Of a DNA stretch of 64,000 nt, positions 1-13,253 are shown one piece after another. The translations under genes were made by a program, and so were the position numbers. The first letter of the stretch is position 1, and each line of letters opens with the position of its first letter. The notes beneath the pieces are model-generated. The model saw nothing but the letters and a program-made list of their open reading frames with translations. It did not search any database and was not told the origin of the DNA. The DNA comes from Octopus sinensis (Eukaryota), in assembly GCF_006345805.1 (NCBI RefSeq), contig NW_021835955.1, positions 62,001 through 126,000 of the forward strand, given 5' to 3'.

Positions 1-781
1 CAACCATGTTGCCATGGGTTCAGTCTCACTGTACAGCACATTGGGCAATTCTCTTTCATTACAGCTCCATGCCAACTAAAGCCTTGTATATTATATAATT
101 GTCATTACTGTATTAATATATAAAATAATACAAGCAATTCATTTATTATTGTCCTGTAATAAACAAATTGAAGTTCGTATATGAAATTGATCTTTTTTCT
201 ACTTCAATTATTACATGATTTTTCTTATGAAATGCACACATACAGGAGAAGCAAATCTCTCTCTATATATATAATAACACTCTGAATGTGGTTCCTGAGA
301 AAGAGTAAAAGTAATTACTCAATCAATGATAGGTATTACTGCTAGTAAAATAATAAAGCAAAGAATGACAGTATATTTAGTGAGGGAGCACCATTAGAAC
401 AGCAGACAGTTTTTCTTGTGGTGAGTAACCGCAGTTGGCAACAGAAGAATGTTGAGTTGAACAGAACAGAAAGGTCAATTTAAATGGCATTGGGTAGCTT
501 AGCAATATTAGATAAGATTTCTTTTGAAACTGAAGAATAATTGTGAAATCTACAGAAAATAAAATAGTCCTCCATAAATCCATTTATAATTCACATCTCA
601 ATTTTGGAGACAAAACTATCTTAAAATCTCCAGTAGCAAACATAAGACTCCTTCATCAGATGTCTGTGGGAATAATTTATAGTACCCTTATACCATGGTA
701 CTACACCCACCCCATGGCTGTATTGTTAAAATGTTTGCTTCTGGACCTCAGGGTTTAGGTATCAATCCCACTGCAGGGCAC

Positions 782-1083
782 CTGATGAGAAACCAGTAAG
801 GTTCAAAAATCGATTAAAGTTGTTCATCATTTTATTATATCATACCTTGATATTGTATGGACTAGGATCCCTGGTTTTATAGGTTTTTATAGGGTGTTAA
901 ACACTTTTGGTATGCAAATTAGGTACTCCTTCATAGAGTAACTGCTGCATTTGTTGAGTATATAAACTCTTTGTTTGCTTGTTTCTCTGGAGATTGTCAG
1001 AATGATGTGAACACCTCTGATGAGAATGCAATAAGGTTTGAAATTTAAGGTTGTGCATCATTTTTTATCAGTTTGCAGAGAAA
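782..1083 (+). mobile_element. Penelope-like pLTR remnant with two tandem degenerate hammerhead motifs 235 bp apart
   Basis: CTGATGA at 782 and 1017, each followed by a similar helix II (...TAAGGTT), (G/A)AAA and A(A/G)GTTGT(T/G)CATCATTTT. Confidence 0.55.
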
Positions 1084-1117
1084 TGACTAAAATTTGCCCT
1101 GTTTATAATTATACCAT

Positions 1118-1173
<56 letters not shown>

Positions 1174-1179
1174 TGTTCC

Positions 1180-1719
<540 letters not shown>

Positions 1720-2064
1720 GGTGGCACGTAAAATGCACCATCCAAATCGTGGCCAAAGCCAGTGCCGCCTCGACTGGCTTCCGTGCCGGTGGCACGTAAA
1801 ATGCACCAATCCGACCGTGGCCGATGCCAGCCTCACCTGGCACCAGTGCAGGTGGCACGTAAAAAGCACCCACTACACTCACGGAGTTGTTGGCATTAGG
1901 AAGGGCATCCAGCTGTAGAAACATTGCCAGATAAGACCGGAGCCTGGTGCAGCCTTCTGGCTTCCCAGATCCCCGGTCGAACCGTCCAACCCATGCTAGC
2001 ATGGAGAACGGACGTTAAACGATGATATATATATATATATATATGCTAATGTGTGTATGTGTCT

Positions 2065-2335
2065 GAGTGTATGTGAGCATGTCTCCTTGTCTTCTGTGCT
2101 TCTGTTTCCTTGTCTTGACGTTCCACGATTGTTGTAAACGAGTCTCATGATCATACAAATAGTGTCATTCGTTTTCAATCTTCTACAAAAACATGTCCAG
2201 CCATGGAGAAATATTACTTTGCTTGAATATAGGGGCATGTTGGCAACAGGAAGAGCATCCAACTACAGAAAAATCTGCTTCAGTAAACTCCATCTGACCC
2301 ATGCAAGTATGGAAAAATGACCATTAAAAGATGAT
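2065..2335 (+). mobile_element. Older repeat sharing the RTE-type tail (family E)
   Basis: TTGGCAACAGGAAGAGCATCC...CCCATGCAAGTATGGAAAA...TTAAAAGATGAT. Similar copies at ~25000-25260+, 50390-50635+, 53425-53548-, 33740-33990-. Confidence 0.7.
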
Positions 2336-3309
2336 GGCTCTCATGGAAAATGTACTTATAATATAAACACTAAATCTTGTATTTAGTTCAAGCCATATCA
2401 CTGCTTTTAAAGAAATTCGGTATAAATATTTAATATCGACATATTTGTATATTACTTGTGTAGTGTAATGGATAAATGTATTGAAACCCTGAGGGTAAAT
2501 AATAAAAGTTTGTAATGTTAATCTCAAGCACATACACATAAGATCTGCTGAACAGAAGCAAACACATTACACACTGGCAGTCTACATGGCTATTGTCCAA
2601 TCTGTTAGAAATAGCAGCTAATTTTCCTCAAATCATACACATTTTAACCATCTCAAAAAGCAATAGCAAAGAAAAAAAACACATAGGTGTAGGCGTGGCT
2701 GCTTGATAAGAAGCTTGCTTTCCAACCACATGGTTCTGGGTTGAGTCTCACCATATAGCACCTTGGGTAAATGTATTCTAGTTATAGCCTTGGGCCAACC
2801 AAAGCCTTGTGAGTGGATTTGGTAAACGGAAACTGAAAGAAGCTAATCATATATATATATGTGTATATCTATGCATGTGAGTCATTGTGTCTGTGTTTGT
2901 CCTCCTCATCACTGCTTGACAACAAGTACTGTTGTGTTTATGTCTCTGTAACTTAGTGGTTCAGCAAAAAAGAACTGACAGAATAAATACCAGGTTTTAA
3001 AAAGAAATATGTACAGAGGTCTATTCATTCAACTAAAAGTCCTTCAAAACAGTACTCCTGCATTGCTGTAGTCAAATGATTGAAACAAGTAAGAGAATAC
3101 ATAAGCTTTTTAACTCTAGGCACAAGGCCTTAAATTTTTTGCAGGAGAGGGCCCGTCGATTAAAACTGGAACTTAATTTATCGACCCTGAAAGTATGAAA
3201 GGCAAAGTCGACCTCAATGGAATTTGAACTCAGAATGTAAAGACAGATGAAATACTGCTAAGCATTTTGCCTGACATGCTAACATTTCTGCCAGCTCGCC
3301 GCCTTTTTC

Positions 3310-3495
3310 ACATTACACAGGTTTATGTAGTGACAGTCGAGTTCCAGAGTCAAGTGTGGAACATGATTGTCACTACATAAACCTGATGACTGCGTAATGC
3401 ATGAAAGTACTAGTTTATTTCAATATTGTAAAATTGTAAAAATTGCAAATAATAAAACAGGGAAATCAGACTTCGTTAGAATTTCATTGATTGAT
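3310..3495. mobile_element. Second, left-truncated copy of the hammerhead-bearing palindromic element
   Basis: CAGGTTTATGTAGTGACAGTC...GATTGTCACTACATAAACCTG inverted centre. The right arm matches 52655-52750 plus 53316-53370. Confidence 0.8.
3377..3418 (+). ncRNA. Minimal type I hammerhead ribozyme motif (Penelope-like-element type)
   Basis: ATAAAC-CTGATGA-cTGCGtaaTGCAt-GAAA-GTAC-TA-GTTTAT: perfect 6-bp helix I, intact core, palindromic helix III (AGTACT), CUA cleavage triplet. Confidence 0.75.
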
Positions 3496-3580
3496 ATATT
3501 CTTCTATATACAGTCATGCAAACTTGGATATATATCTATATCTATCTCTGTATATGTATACATACATACATATATATATA

Positions 3581-3657
<77 letters not shown>

Positions 3658-3692
3658 TAGATAGATAGATAGATAGGTATAGATAGATATAT

Positions 3693-4005
3693 GTGGAGGC
3701 GCAATGGCCCAATGGTTAGGGCAGCGGACTCGTGGTCATAGGATCGCGGTTTCGATTCCTAGACCGGGCGTTGTGAATGTTTATTGAGTGAAAATACCTA
3801 AACCTCCATGAGGCTCTGGCAGGGGTGGTGGTGGTGATCCCTGCTTGTACTCTTTTGCCACAACTTTCTCTCATTTTTTCTTCTATTGGCCTGCTCCCTT
3901 AGTAAGTGGGGTGGCGTCATTTGAAGGCTAAAACAATGCAAAGCACATTGTGACCAGCGATGTGTAGCAGCATCTGATTGCCTGGTCGGTTACTGTGATC
4001 ATGGT
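3693..4005 (+). mobile_element. tRNA-derived SINE family C
   Basis: Head GGAGGCGCAATGGCCCAATGGTTAGGGCAGCGGACTCG...GGTTTCGATTCC with A and B boxes. Related heads at 1180-1462-, 44685-44935+, 52771-53066-, 53070-53315-, 59130-59470-. Confidence 0.85.
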
Positions 4006-4075
4006 GATATGACCTCGTGTGTACCATTGGCAATTTTTTTCCTCTGTCTTCCCTTCTCTGGATCTTTCCTTCTAT

Positions 4076-4110
4076 GTTTCCGACGAAGAGCTCCGCTCGA
4101 AACGTTAAAC
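4076..4110 (+). ncRNA. Minimal hammerhead motif, U4C core variant, within a ~200-bp pyrimidine-rich Penelope pLTR-like segment (~4005-4210)
   Basis: GTTT-CCGACGA-aGAGCtccGCTC-GAAA-CG-TT-AAAC: 4-bp helix I, 4-bp helix II, palindromic ACGT helix III. Confidence 0.6.
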
Positions 4111-5289
4111 CCTCCTTCTTCCTTTCCTGAGCGTCCAATAATACTATATTTGTTCCACGTCCTCATGTTGTTGTGTTTTTTTTTGTGTTTTCCTGTTTGG
4201 ATTAACTTTATATATATATATATATATATATATAGACAGACAGACAAATAGATACCGATATTTATATGACAGGTTTCAGCATAGTATCCAACAGGTAAAT
4301 TCCACTTACCATGTGTTGGTCTATTTAAGGTTTGCAGGACTAGACTCCTACCCAAGGTATGACTATTACTTTATATAATGCTTCTAACTGTAAGCTTTCT
4401 GGTCGTTGTCATAATTCTTATTATCAGTAATATCAAAATTAGCTAAATTTTGTCAACTTTTTTTTTTTCCTTTTTGTTGTCTGTTTTAACACCCAGTCAA
4501 TGTTCTGTACAAAGTGCTATGGAGAAAGAAAGCACCCTTGCAGAACTAGTGTCTGCACCTCAAACAAATTTGTTTGTATCTGTCTACAGCCTTTACATAG
4601 AAATTTAACTTCATAAATATTTGCTTGACTAGTTTTAAGTGAAATGTTGTTGGCCTCTATAATGTTTTACAATGTTGGTTTCTGGATTCAATGATATGTC
4701 ACACTGAAGTACATATATTATAATTTTTTTTCTTCTCTTTATATATTGCAATATATATATGCTCATGAGTATCCTGAGTTGAAAAATATTCCATTGCAGC
4801 TGTTTATGGTTGACTTATATTTGGATCTATATCAATTTGGAGAAAGAATTGCATTCGGAATTAAGTAAATTCACCTCCCAAAGTATATATTGGTTGTTGT
4901 AATATTGAGATAAATGAATAGCTGTATCCACAAAGAAATCTACTAATAGCTTTACTGTGTTATAAAAATATTGATACAATTACAAGCTTACAGATGCATA
5001 TGCACACGTTTTTGTGTTTACACATGCATACACACACACATGCATGCACATATGTGTATGTGTACATTTATATGTATGTGTGTGCGTATGTATGTATATA
5101 TACATTTATACACGTATGCTCACACATATACATCAACATGCAGAGTGTAAGCTACTTAGAGCAGTCTCTTTGATACAGAGCCTTGTTGATAACAATAACC
5201 ATTTTATAGCAATAACAGTTAATATTAACTGTGATTGTTGTAAGCGGCTCCCACTGTGTGTGTGTGTGTGGTTGTCTGTGTGTGTCTGT

Positions 5290-6412
5290 GTCTGTGTTAA
5301 ATTACTGTACCAGACTGTGAGATGAATGGAAACAGTTATAGCTCAATTGATATGGAAGAGAGTAGTGAAGATGTGATGCAGTTCAGTTCTGTGCCAGGAA
5401 GAAATATTACTGATTGCATCTTCCTATTAAAGCAACTGCATGAGAAACACACGAACCAGGATTAAGTTGCGGTACCTGGTATTAGTTGACCTGTGAATAA
5501 ACCTTCAGGAAGGGGTCTCTCACTCCTTAACTTGATTGTTGCTGAGGAAGCAAAATGTAGATGAATGGCCTTTGAGTGTAATACTAGCCATGTACAGAGG
5601 TGCTATCAGCTGGGAGAAAGTTATAAAGGAAAATTACCTTTCTCAGTATGTAGAAAATGAGTAGAGATGAATTCCTCATGTTGCATCTTCTGCAAACTAT
5701 GGACTCACAAGAGGTACAGTGGAATTGTGAGCAGATTAACAGAGAAAGCAGACTTTATATATGCCAAATGCACAGGAGCAATAAAAACAAATAGCATATG
5801 GAAATAGATTCTCTCAAATGCTTGGGAGGATTCCTAAAAGTAGTTGATAGCTTCTGAAACCTAGATGATGTAGTTAGCCATAGAAAAGGATGTCCTGAAA
5901 GGATAGTAGCCAAGTTATGAACATGTCGAAAAATGTTGACAATGAGGTCTTCTTGAGAGAGAAGGGCAGACTGTATGTTGCTTGTGTACAAACCACATTG
6001 CTATACAGTTGAGCACTGAGTACAGAGGACCTGCAAAAACTAGGAAGAAATTAAGTGAGCCTGCTCTATTGAATGTGCAATGCCAATATGCATGATTGAC
6101 AGACTAAAAATGTGTTAAGAGAAATCTGAGCATAAGAGGAGTTACATGTAGTGTGCAAGAGAGGAAAATGCATTGTTAGATGTATATGATATATACATAG
6201 ATGAGCACAGTTGTTTAAAAAAAGTGCTTATCACTTATGTGGTTGGAATTTAAGGAAGACAGTGACTTCAGAATATGTGGTGAAGATTGATCTCAGGATT
6301 TTGAGCCTCATTAAAGAGATGACAAAGTTTGAGATGACTGGAGAGATGCAAGGTTTCAAAAGACTTGCCCATCCATACTAGGATGGAGAAACTGATATTA
6401 AAATGTTGATAG
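5290..6412 (+). mobile_element. Highly decayed RTE-clade LINE 3' portion
   Basis: From 5376 reads MQFSSVPGRNITDCIFLLKQLHEKH...YLVLVDL, resembling RTE QFGFMPGRSTTDAIF.LRQL.EK...Y.AFVDLEKA. Ends CCATCCATACTAGGATGGAGAAACTGATATTAAAATGTTGAT, like the RTE-type tail of family D. Many stops and indels. Confidence 0.75.
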
Positions 6413-6552
6413 AGATGGAAACTGAAAATGTATTGTGTAAGCACATAACTCAATACCTTATCCGTATGTTCCTGTCAAGTCTACATCTATTGTTCTACCT
6501 CATCTCTTCATCATTTTTCTGTCTATTGTATTATATATATATTTCACTTTCT

Positions 6553-6729
6553 ACAGAAGTTATAGCCTGTGCTGATTTTTGATATGTTGTTTTGCATCCG
6601 AGATGCCAGATGTAAACAAACAATGAGATCGAAAATGAAAACAGGATCTTTTATTATATTGTTTGTTTAGATCTGATGTCGTGGATATGAAACATTGAAA
6701 CAAAAATCAGTGCTGGCTATAATTTCTGT
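6553..6729. repeat. Older imperfect palindrome (MITE-like)
   Basis: ACAGAAGTTATAGCC..CTGATTTTTG...CAGATGTAAACAAACAAT / ATTGTTTGTTTAGATCTG...CAAAAATCAG..GGCTATAATTTCTGT. Confidence 0.8.
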
Positions 6730-6865
6730 TGAATATCTGTAGTGATGTAAAGTGCACTGCTAACACAGTAGAATATAATGTTGATTTTTAAAAATCATTT
6801 AATATACTTTATAGCATATTATGTTTACATAACAAAATACTGCATCCCTACAAGTCATTAATATG

Positions 6866-6907
<42 letters not shown>

Positions 6908-7439
6908 ATCATCATCATCTTTTAACGTCCATTTTCCATACTAGTACCACAAGAGCCAGCCAGGCTGAAGCCTGCACCAGACTTCTGTGACTGTTTTGGC
7001 AAGATTTTTACAGCTGGATGTCCTTCCTAACACCAACCACTCAGCAGAATATATGTGTGTCTGTGTGTGTGCATTTATATAAATATATATAATTATTAAC
7101 AATAATCAGCAGAAGTTACAGAGTGACTCAAGTGACGCCAGTTTCTTACACTGATAATTGTCAATGCACAATATGCTCAGATCTTGAGTTATTCTGTAAC
7201 TTCTGCCAACCAAACACACACACACACACATATGTACGTACATGGAAACACATACACCTGTATATATTAGTTTCAAATTTTGGCGCAAGGTCATCTATTT
7301 CAAGGGAATGGGTGAGTTGATTACATCGACCTCCCTCAGAAAAATTTGAACTCAGAACATAAAGACAGACGAAATCCCAATAAACATTTTGCCAGACATG
7401 CTAATGATTCTGTCAGCTTGTTACCTTACACACACACAC

Positions 7440-7512
<73 letters not shown>

Positions 7513-8399
7513 ATGATATACATATACTGATATATTTACACACATACATATATGCACATGCTTCATTATAAAAACTGGTCAAGTTGATAGCATGTTAGTC
7601 TAACATGTAAACATTTGTCATTCCACTTTTGCATTTTAGTCTGTGGCAAACAGACTTAATTTTCAGTCAATCTAATTACAAATAAGTATATGGTGTAACA
7701 CGATTCGCTATTCTATGCAGCAGATGCACCATACAGTTAATGAGTATTTCACAAGTTTACGGTGCAATGTTCAATTCTTCAAGACTGTTCTATCACTCTC
7801 TAGATTATGACATTTGTTGCTTCATTATTCAGAAAATTATATTTCTAATATAAATTGCACACTTTAAGCAATATACTTATTAAATTAAAATATAGGACTT
7901 TGCTGGTCTCAAGAGCATTTTATGCTAGTATATCATTTAAACATAGTCATAGAAATTTAGGTAACTACTACATACAAATGTGTATTGCATATACAAATGT
8001 ATATAGGGAAATTCTAGATCAGTCATGGACAAATTGGAACCCTAGGGTCACATTTGGACTATGGGACTTCCTGAATAGCATACCTGATTGAAAATTTGTT
8101 TCAGTAGTGAATATTTTTAGTGGTGTGATCTATGACTCATGTAGCCAGCTTCACAAGAAAGGTTGTCCATGCTTGCTCTTGATGGTCACACAACCTGTTA
8201 AAGATAGCAGCCAAATCTTCCAAAAATCTTACTTTGCAGTCCTAAAAATGATTGGAGAGATTAGATAATAAGGTTCTCACTTAAGAAAAAAATGGTTTAA
8301 TTACTCAGATCTGACTTAGGATTAAACAATTGCAACAAATGAATATATCATGCAAGTTCAGTCTACTCCAGATGAATGGTCTTCATTTGAAGAAAAGGT

Positions 8400-9200
8400 A
8401 AAGAAAATAATATGTCTGATTTGTAAAGAAAGCATAAAAGAATTTCTTACCAAATTATTAAGATAGTTAAATTGAATGGCTTAAAAGAAATCCGTTGTTG
8501 GTACTTGCATGAAGATCTTTCTCCTTTGTCTTTGTTACATAATGCTTTTACTGTCACAGAAAATGCATTCATCTTAATAAATGGTAAAGAATATATGGGA
8601 AAGAAAATCTAAAAATTATGAAATGTTCAACCCCCCAGCATGTAAAAATACAATCTGCTGCATATATATGTATATTCATTTTTTTTCCTTTCAAGCTGGT
8701 GAAATATATCTATATTTCTTTCTAAATCCATAAAATGTCTGGTGATTCCAAACCCCATTAAATTAATCTTGATAAATGTCTCTTATACAAAATATTTTGA
8801 TGAATACTTCTACTTGGAAGTTTTTCCAATAATAATTCCTTATTTCAAAAGCTGGGTATGTTAGATGTTAATCATACCATTTATTGATCAGGAATTGTTT
8901 TTAAGCTAACTCCAGCATGATTTGACACCAGGTGACTCTCAACTGGGTAAATATGGAACTATATACATGGCTTTTACCATTTTGCCACTCTCTTTACTCT
9001 TTAAAATTTATTTTTCATTCCCTTTTTCTCTTTTGCTTTTCCTTGCTGAAGAACACTGTAAACATCTCCTATTTACAGTATTAAACTAAATGCTTTTATT
9101 CATTATTTGATGTTCTATTTGTTTTCTTCATGGTTCATTTGTTTCACAACCATTTTCTATACTTGGCATGATAAGATTACTTTATATCTATATGGTTGTG
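8400..9200 (+). mobile_element. Very decayed Penelope-like element 3' region
   Basis: MFNPPACKNT at 8623 (cf. PLE linker WFNPP...NT). Downstream CTGAAGA-ACACTGTAAA...TTTACAGTAT-TAAAC is a hammerhead-like relic at 9046-9086. Confidence 0.4.
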
Positions 9201-10224
9201 GCCAATAGTTTAGAACATAATCTGAAAATTTTTTATTAGAATTATGTATTACATTTTATGTTAGAATTTTTATATCAAATAAAAATCAAATGGAAATTGT
9301 AGCTGTGATACCTGTGCCGGTGGCACGCAAAAAGCACCATCCGAACGTGACCGATGCCAGTGCCACCTTGACTAGCTTCCGTGCCTGTGCCACGTAAAAA
9401 AGCACCAACCTGTGCCGGTGGCATGTAAAAAGCACCCACTACACTTACGGAGTGGTTGGCGTTAGGAAGGGCATCCAGCTGTAGAAACACTGCCAGATCA
9501 GACTGGAGTTTGGTGCAGCCTCCTAGCTTCCAAGACCCTGGTCGAACCATCCAACCATTGCTAGCATGGAAAACTGACATTAAACGGAGATGATGATGAT
9601 GCTGTTCCAAACTTTTGGCCACTACTGTATATATATATATGTGGGTGTGGTATCACGCATGTGTGTGTGCAAATTGACATATATTTTAGAAAAATTTCAT
9701 TAACAGCAGATGAGTAAATATTTGTTTTTTTTTTTTAAAGTGGCAAAATATGTTAATTTTGTTTGATCATCTCAGCACAAATCATACAACTCCTCAAAGT
9801 GGTCTGGGTGGGTGCATTTTGAAAGTTAGTCCAATTGACCAGGAATCCTTGAGGTGTAGCAATCTCCTGTGGTGGAGTCTAAGGTCATGAGGTTTAATGA
9901 ATGCAGTGGGGATTTAGATTAAACTTATGGGGAGGAGGTAAGCCGTCAGAGAAAATGATAGAAGGAAAAGGCCATGAGATGAACATTGATAAGTTCAAAT
10001 AATCTGAGTTGTTAGCCAGTTTATATGAAGTGTTAAAGGGAATTTTATATGATATGGAGTGTATGAGTGTGTATGCACATGCTTGTGCATGCATACATGC
10101 TTATAACTATGTATATATATATATATACATATATATAAATTTATAAATAAGGATAATATCGATATTTAAATATCGATCTTATCAAGTGGCCAGCATGGGA
10201 ATAAATACCATACATAATTTATAG

Positions 10225-10259
<35 letters not shown>

Positions 10260-10682
10260 GGCACAAACACAGCAGCATGGTAAGATGTTTGATTCCCAAC
10301 CTCGTGGTTCTGGGTTCAGTCCCACTGTGTCATATATTGCTCAAGCACTTTCTCCAAAAGCTTGAGTGGATTTGGCAGACAGAGACTGCAAAAAGCCTAT
10401 CGTGTGTGTCTGTGTGTGTGCACGTGGGCGTGCATGTGCATGCATGTACATGCATGTGTTTTGTGTGTGCATCTTTGTGTCTATGTTCGTCTCCCACAGT
10501 CACCTGACTACCTATGTTGGTGTGTTTATTTACATACACATAACTTAGTGGTTCAGCAAAAGAGTTCGATTGGAAAGGTACTGGGCTTTGAAAAAAGTGT
10601 CAATCAACTAAAAATTTCAAGGTGATGCCCCAACATAGCCATAGTGTAATGATTGAATCAAGTAAAGAAAAGGGGAAATATA

Positions 10683-11457
10683 CACAGGCGTAACAGAAGT
10701 AAATAGACACCCTCATAAAATATTGTTTTATGTTTATTTTTACTTGAAAAGGTTTATATTTTTTATTAATTGTCATTTTAATGTTTCATGTTCTATATGT
10801 GACTGTTTGATATCATGTACAAAAGAAGCCTTGGAACTATCAGAATTTTAAGGAGGTTTTATTGTGGGTCAAACTGAGGGTGGAAACCTTGGAATCTTGC
10901 TTTCTACAGTCAATAGAATGATTGTGCAATTCACCAGGGCCCTCTGACAGGACCCTTCTCTTGTTAAAAGAAGTGTGAAGGATCTTTGTTGCCATAGAAT
11001 GACAAGTTGATGTCAGTCCCAGAACAGCTGTCAGGTATCTCCACAAACTTGGTTACTATGGCAGAACACAGCTAAAAAAACACACAAGATTGGCTGGAAG
11101 AGGATGGCATTAAAAAGCTTCTATGGCCAAGCCAATCACCAGATATGAACCCTATTGAACATCTCTGGGGCATAGTAGACAGGACATTTCACAAAGATAA
11201 CAAGAAAGCATTCTCAATGGCAGATCTTTTGAGATTTCTGCAAGAAACTTGGTAAGAAATTCCTCAAGCGAATATTTGTCATCTGATCAGTTGCATGCCT
11301 AATTCGTCCTTGCATTGAAAAGGGTGAAGAGTATGTCTGTTAAATATTAGATATTCACATTGTAATAATAATTGACAAATAATTTGAATGAATAATTTCA
11401 AATTTAAGTAAATTTTAATTATTATAAGTGTGTTTATTTACTTCTGTCATGTCTGTG
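10683..11457 (+). mobile_element. Internally deleted Tc1-like DNA transposon with TIRs and TA target
   Basis: TIRs CACAGGCGTAACAGAAGTAAATAGACAC / GTGTTTATTTACTTCTGTCATGTCTGTG flanked by TA. From 11124 reads WPSQSPDMNPIEHLWGIVDR...ETW*EIPQ...LISCMP (Tc1 C-terminal catalytic-region motif). N-terminal ELSEF*GGFIVG remnant near 10830. Confidence 0.9.
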
Positions 11458-11729
11458 TATATTTGGCATTGAATTGGCAGAAGAACAGTATACAAAATTT
11501 GTGACAGTATTTGTATCAACTTTGTGTCGTGAGTTTAACTCTCATATAATGTCACAAGAAAAAGCTGTGTTCATCAGGGAGAGCTGAAAAGGATCATAGA
11601 CTTGGGTACTTTTAAGTCGCAGCTCAAATATATCATCTGGTTTCTGCCTAACATAGCACACCAGCTGGCAGGAGGAATGCAAGGTTCTTTCAACTCCTGT
11701 ACACTGAATGAATATAAAAGAGTGCTTAT

Positions 11730-11766
<37 letters not shown>

Positions 11767-11816
11767 GATAGATAGATAGATAGGTAGATAGATAGATAGA
11801 TAGATAGGTAGGTAGG

Positions 11817-11906
<90 letters not shown>

Positions 11907-12890
11907 TACATATACATATAGATAGATAGAAACACACACACTCACACACACTCCATTTGCTGAAAGTTTGAAATATCAATCCTGATTGTTCAGATGAGAA
12001 ACTTGTCTGCTATTTTAGTCTTCTCGATTCTGGTATGTTAAAAGCCGAAGGAAATGATCCATACCTTTTGCAGAGAAAAGATGCAGAATCGTTCTAACAA
12101 GGGAGTGTCTACATCCGTGGAAAAACAGCAAGTGAATGACCCTGTAATGCCTTAAACAAGAGAAGCATATATTAGATAATGTAGTCCCTAGTTACCCTTA
12201 AAAAGATGATACAGCCACAACTGAATGCTTCTGATCAGAGGGTTTATCAATCAGATTTGGCTTGGCCTAAACTACAATAACAGCAATGACAAGAATAACA
12301 GAAACAACAGCAGCAAAATACTGATGCTTCCGTTAACAAACCATTCTTATAGAAAATATGAAGAGAAGCAAAAACAAAAAAAGAAAAGCAAAATAAAATG
12401 CGGGCAAGGTGATTTTATAGTAAAGATAATCAGTTAGTTTTTAGATATGCCTGGACAATTGATGAGTGGTCTGGGAGTTAATAGTTTTGAAACACAAAGT
12501 TCTGAGTTTCAATCCTTCAATAGATGACATCATTTTTAAGTCTCTATGATCAATAAAACAACAAGAATCAGCACATAGGGACTATTGATTGAAAAGTGAA
12601 GCACGTTTGGCGTGGATCTCTGAATTAACCTTCACACTCATTCTAAGCATTTGATTAGTTAATAAATATCATCCATGCATATTGTCCATATTGCATATCT
12701 GCTCAGCTGGTGAGTAGAAACTTGCTATAAAACAATGTCCTTGGCAGGAAAATTTTTGCATTCTCTGTTTATTACAATGGTGCAAATAACACAGATTTTT
12801 CTCCAGAGGCTAAAAGAAACAAACCAATATAACTTTGTGTGCGTGCACATATATGTACATATATATATATACATACATACATATACATGC

Positions 12891-12932
<42 letters not shown>

Positions 12933-12990
12933 CATATATATACATATATATATACATATATAGATACATAGATACATACATAGATACATA

Positions 12991-13035
<45 letters not shown>

Positions 13036-13092
13036 ATATATATATATATATATGTATATGTATATATATATATGTGTGTATATATATAAATA

Positions 13093-13185
<93 letters not shown>

Positions 13186-13198
13186 GTATATATATATG

Positions 13199-13253
<55 letters not shown>

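Noticed and set aside
9780-10060. Possible decayed L2/CR1 3' fragment on the minus strand
   Set aside because: No diagnostic motif could be read with confidence.
11520-11600. Minus-strand CTGATGA followed by a weak hairpin (also ~15730 and ~22868)
   Set aside because: There is no correctly placed GAAA/UH or helix I; CTGATGA alone is expected by chance.
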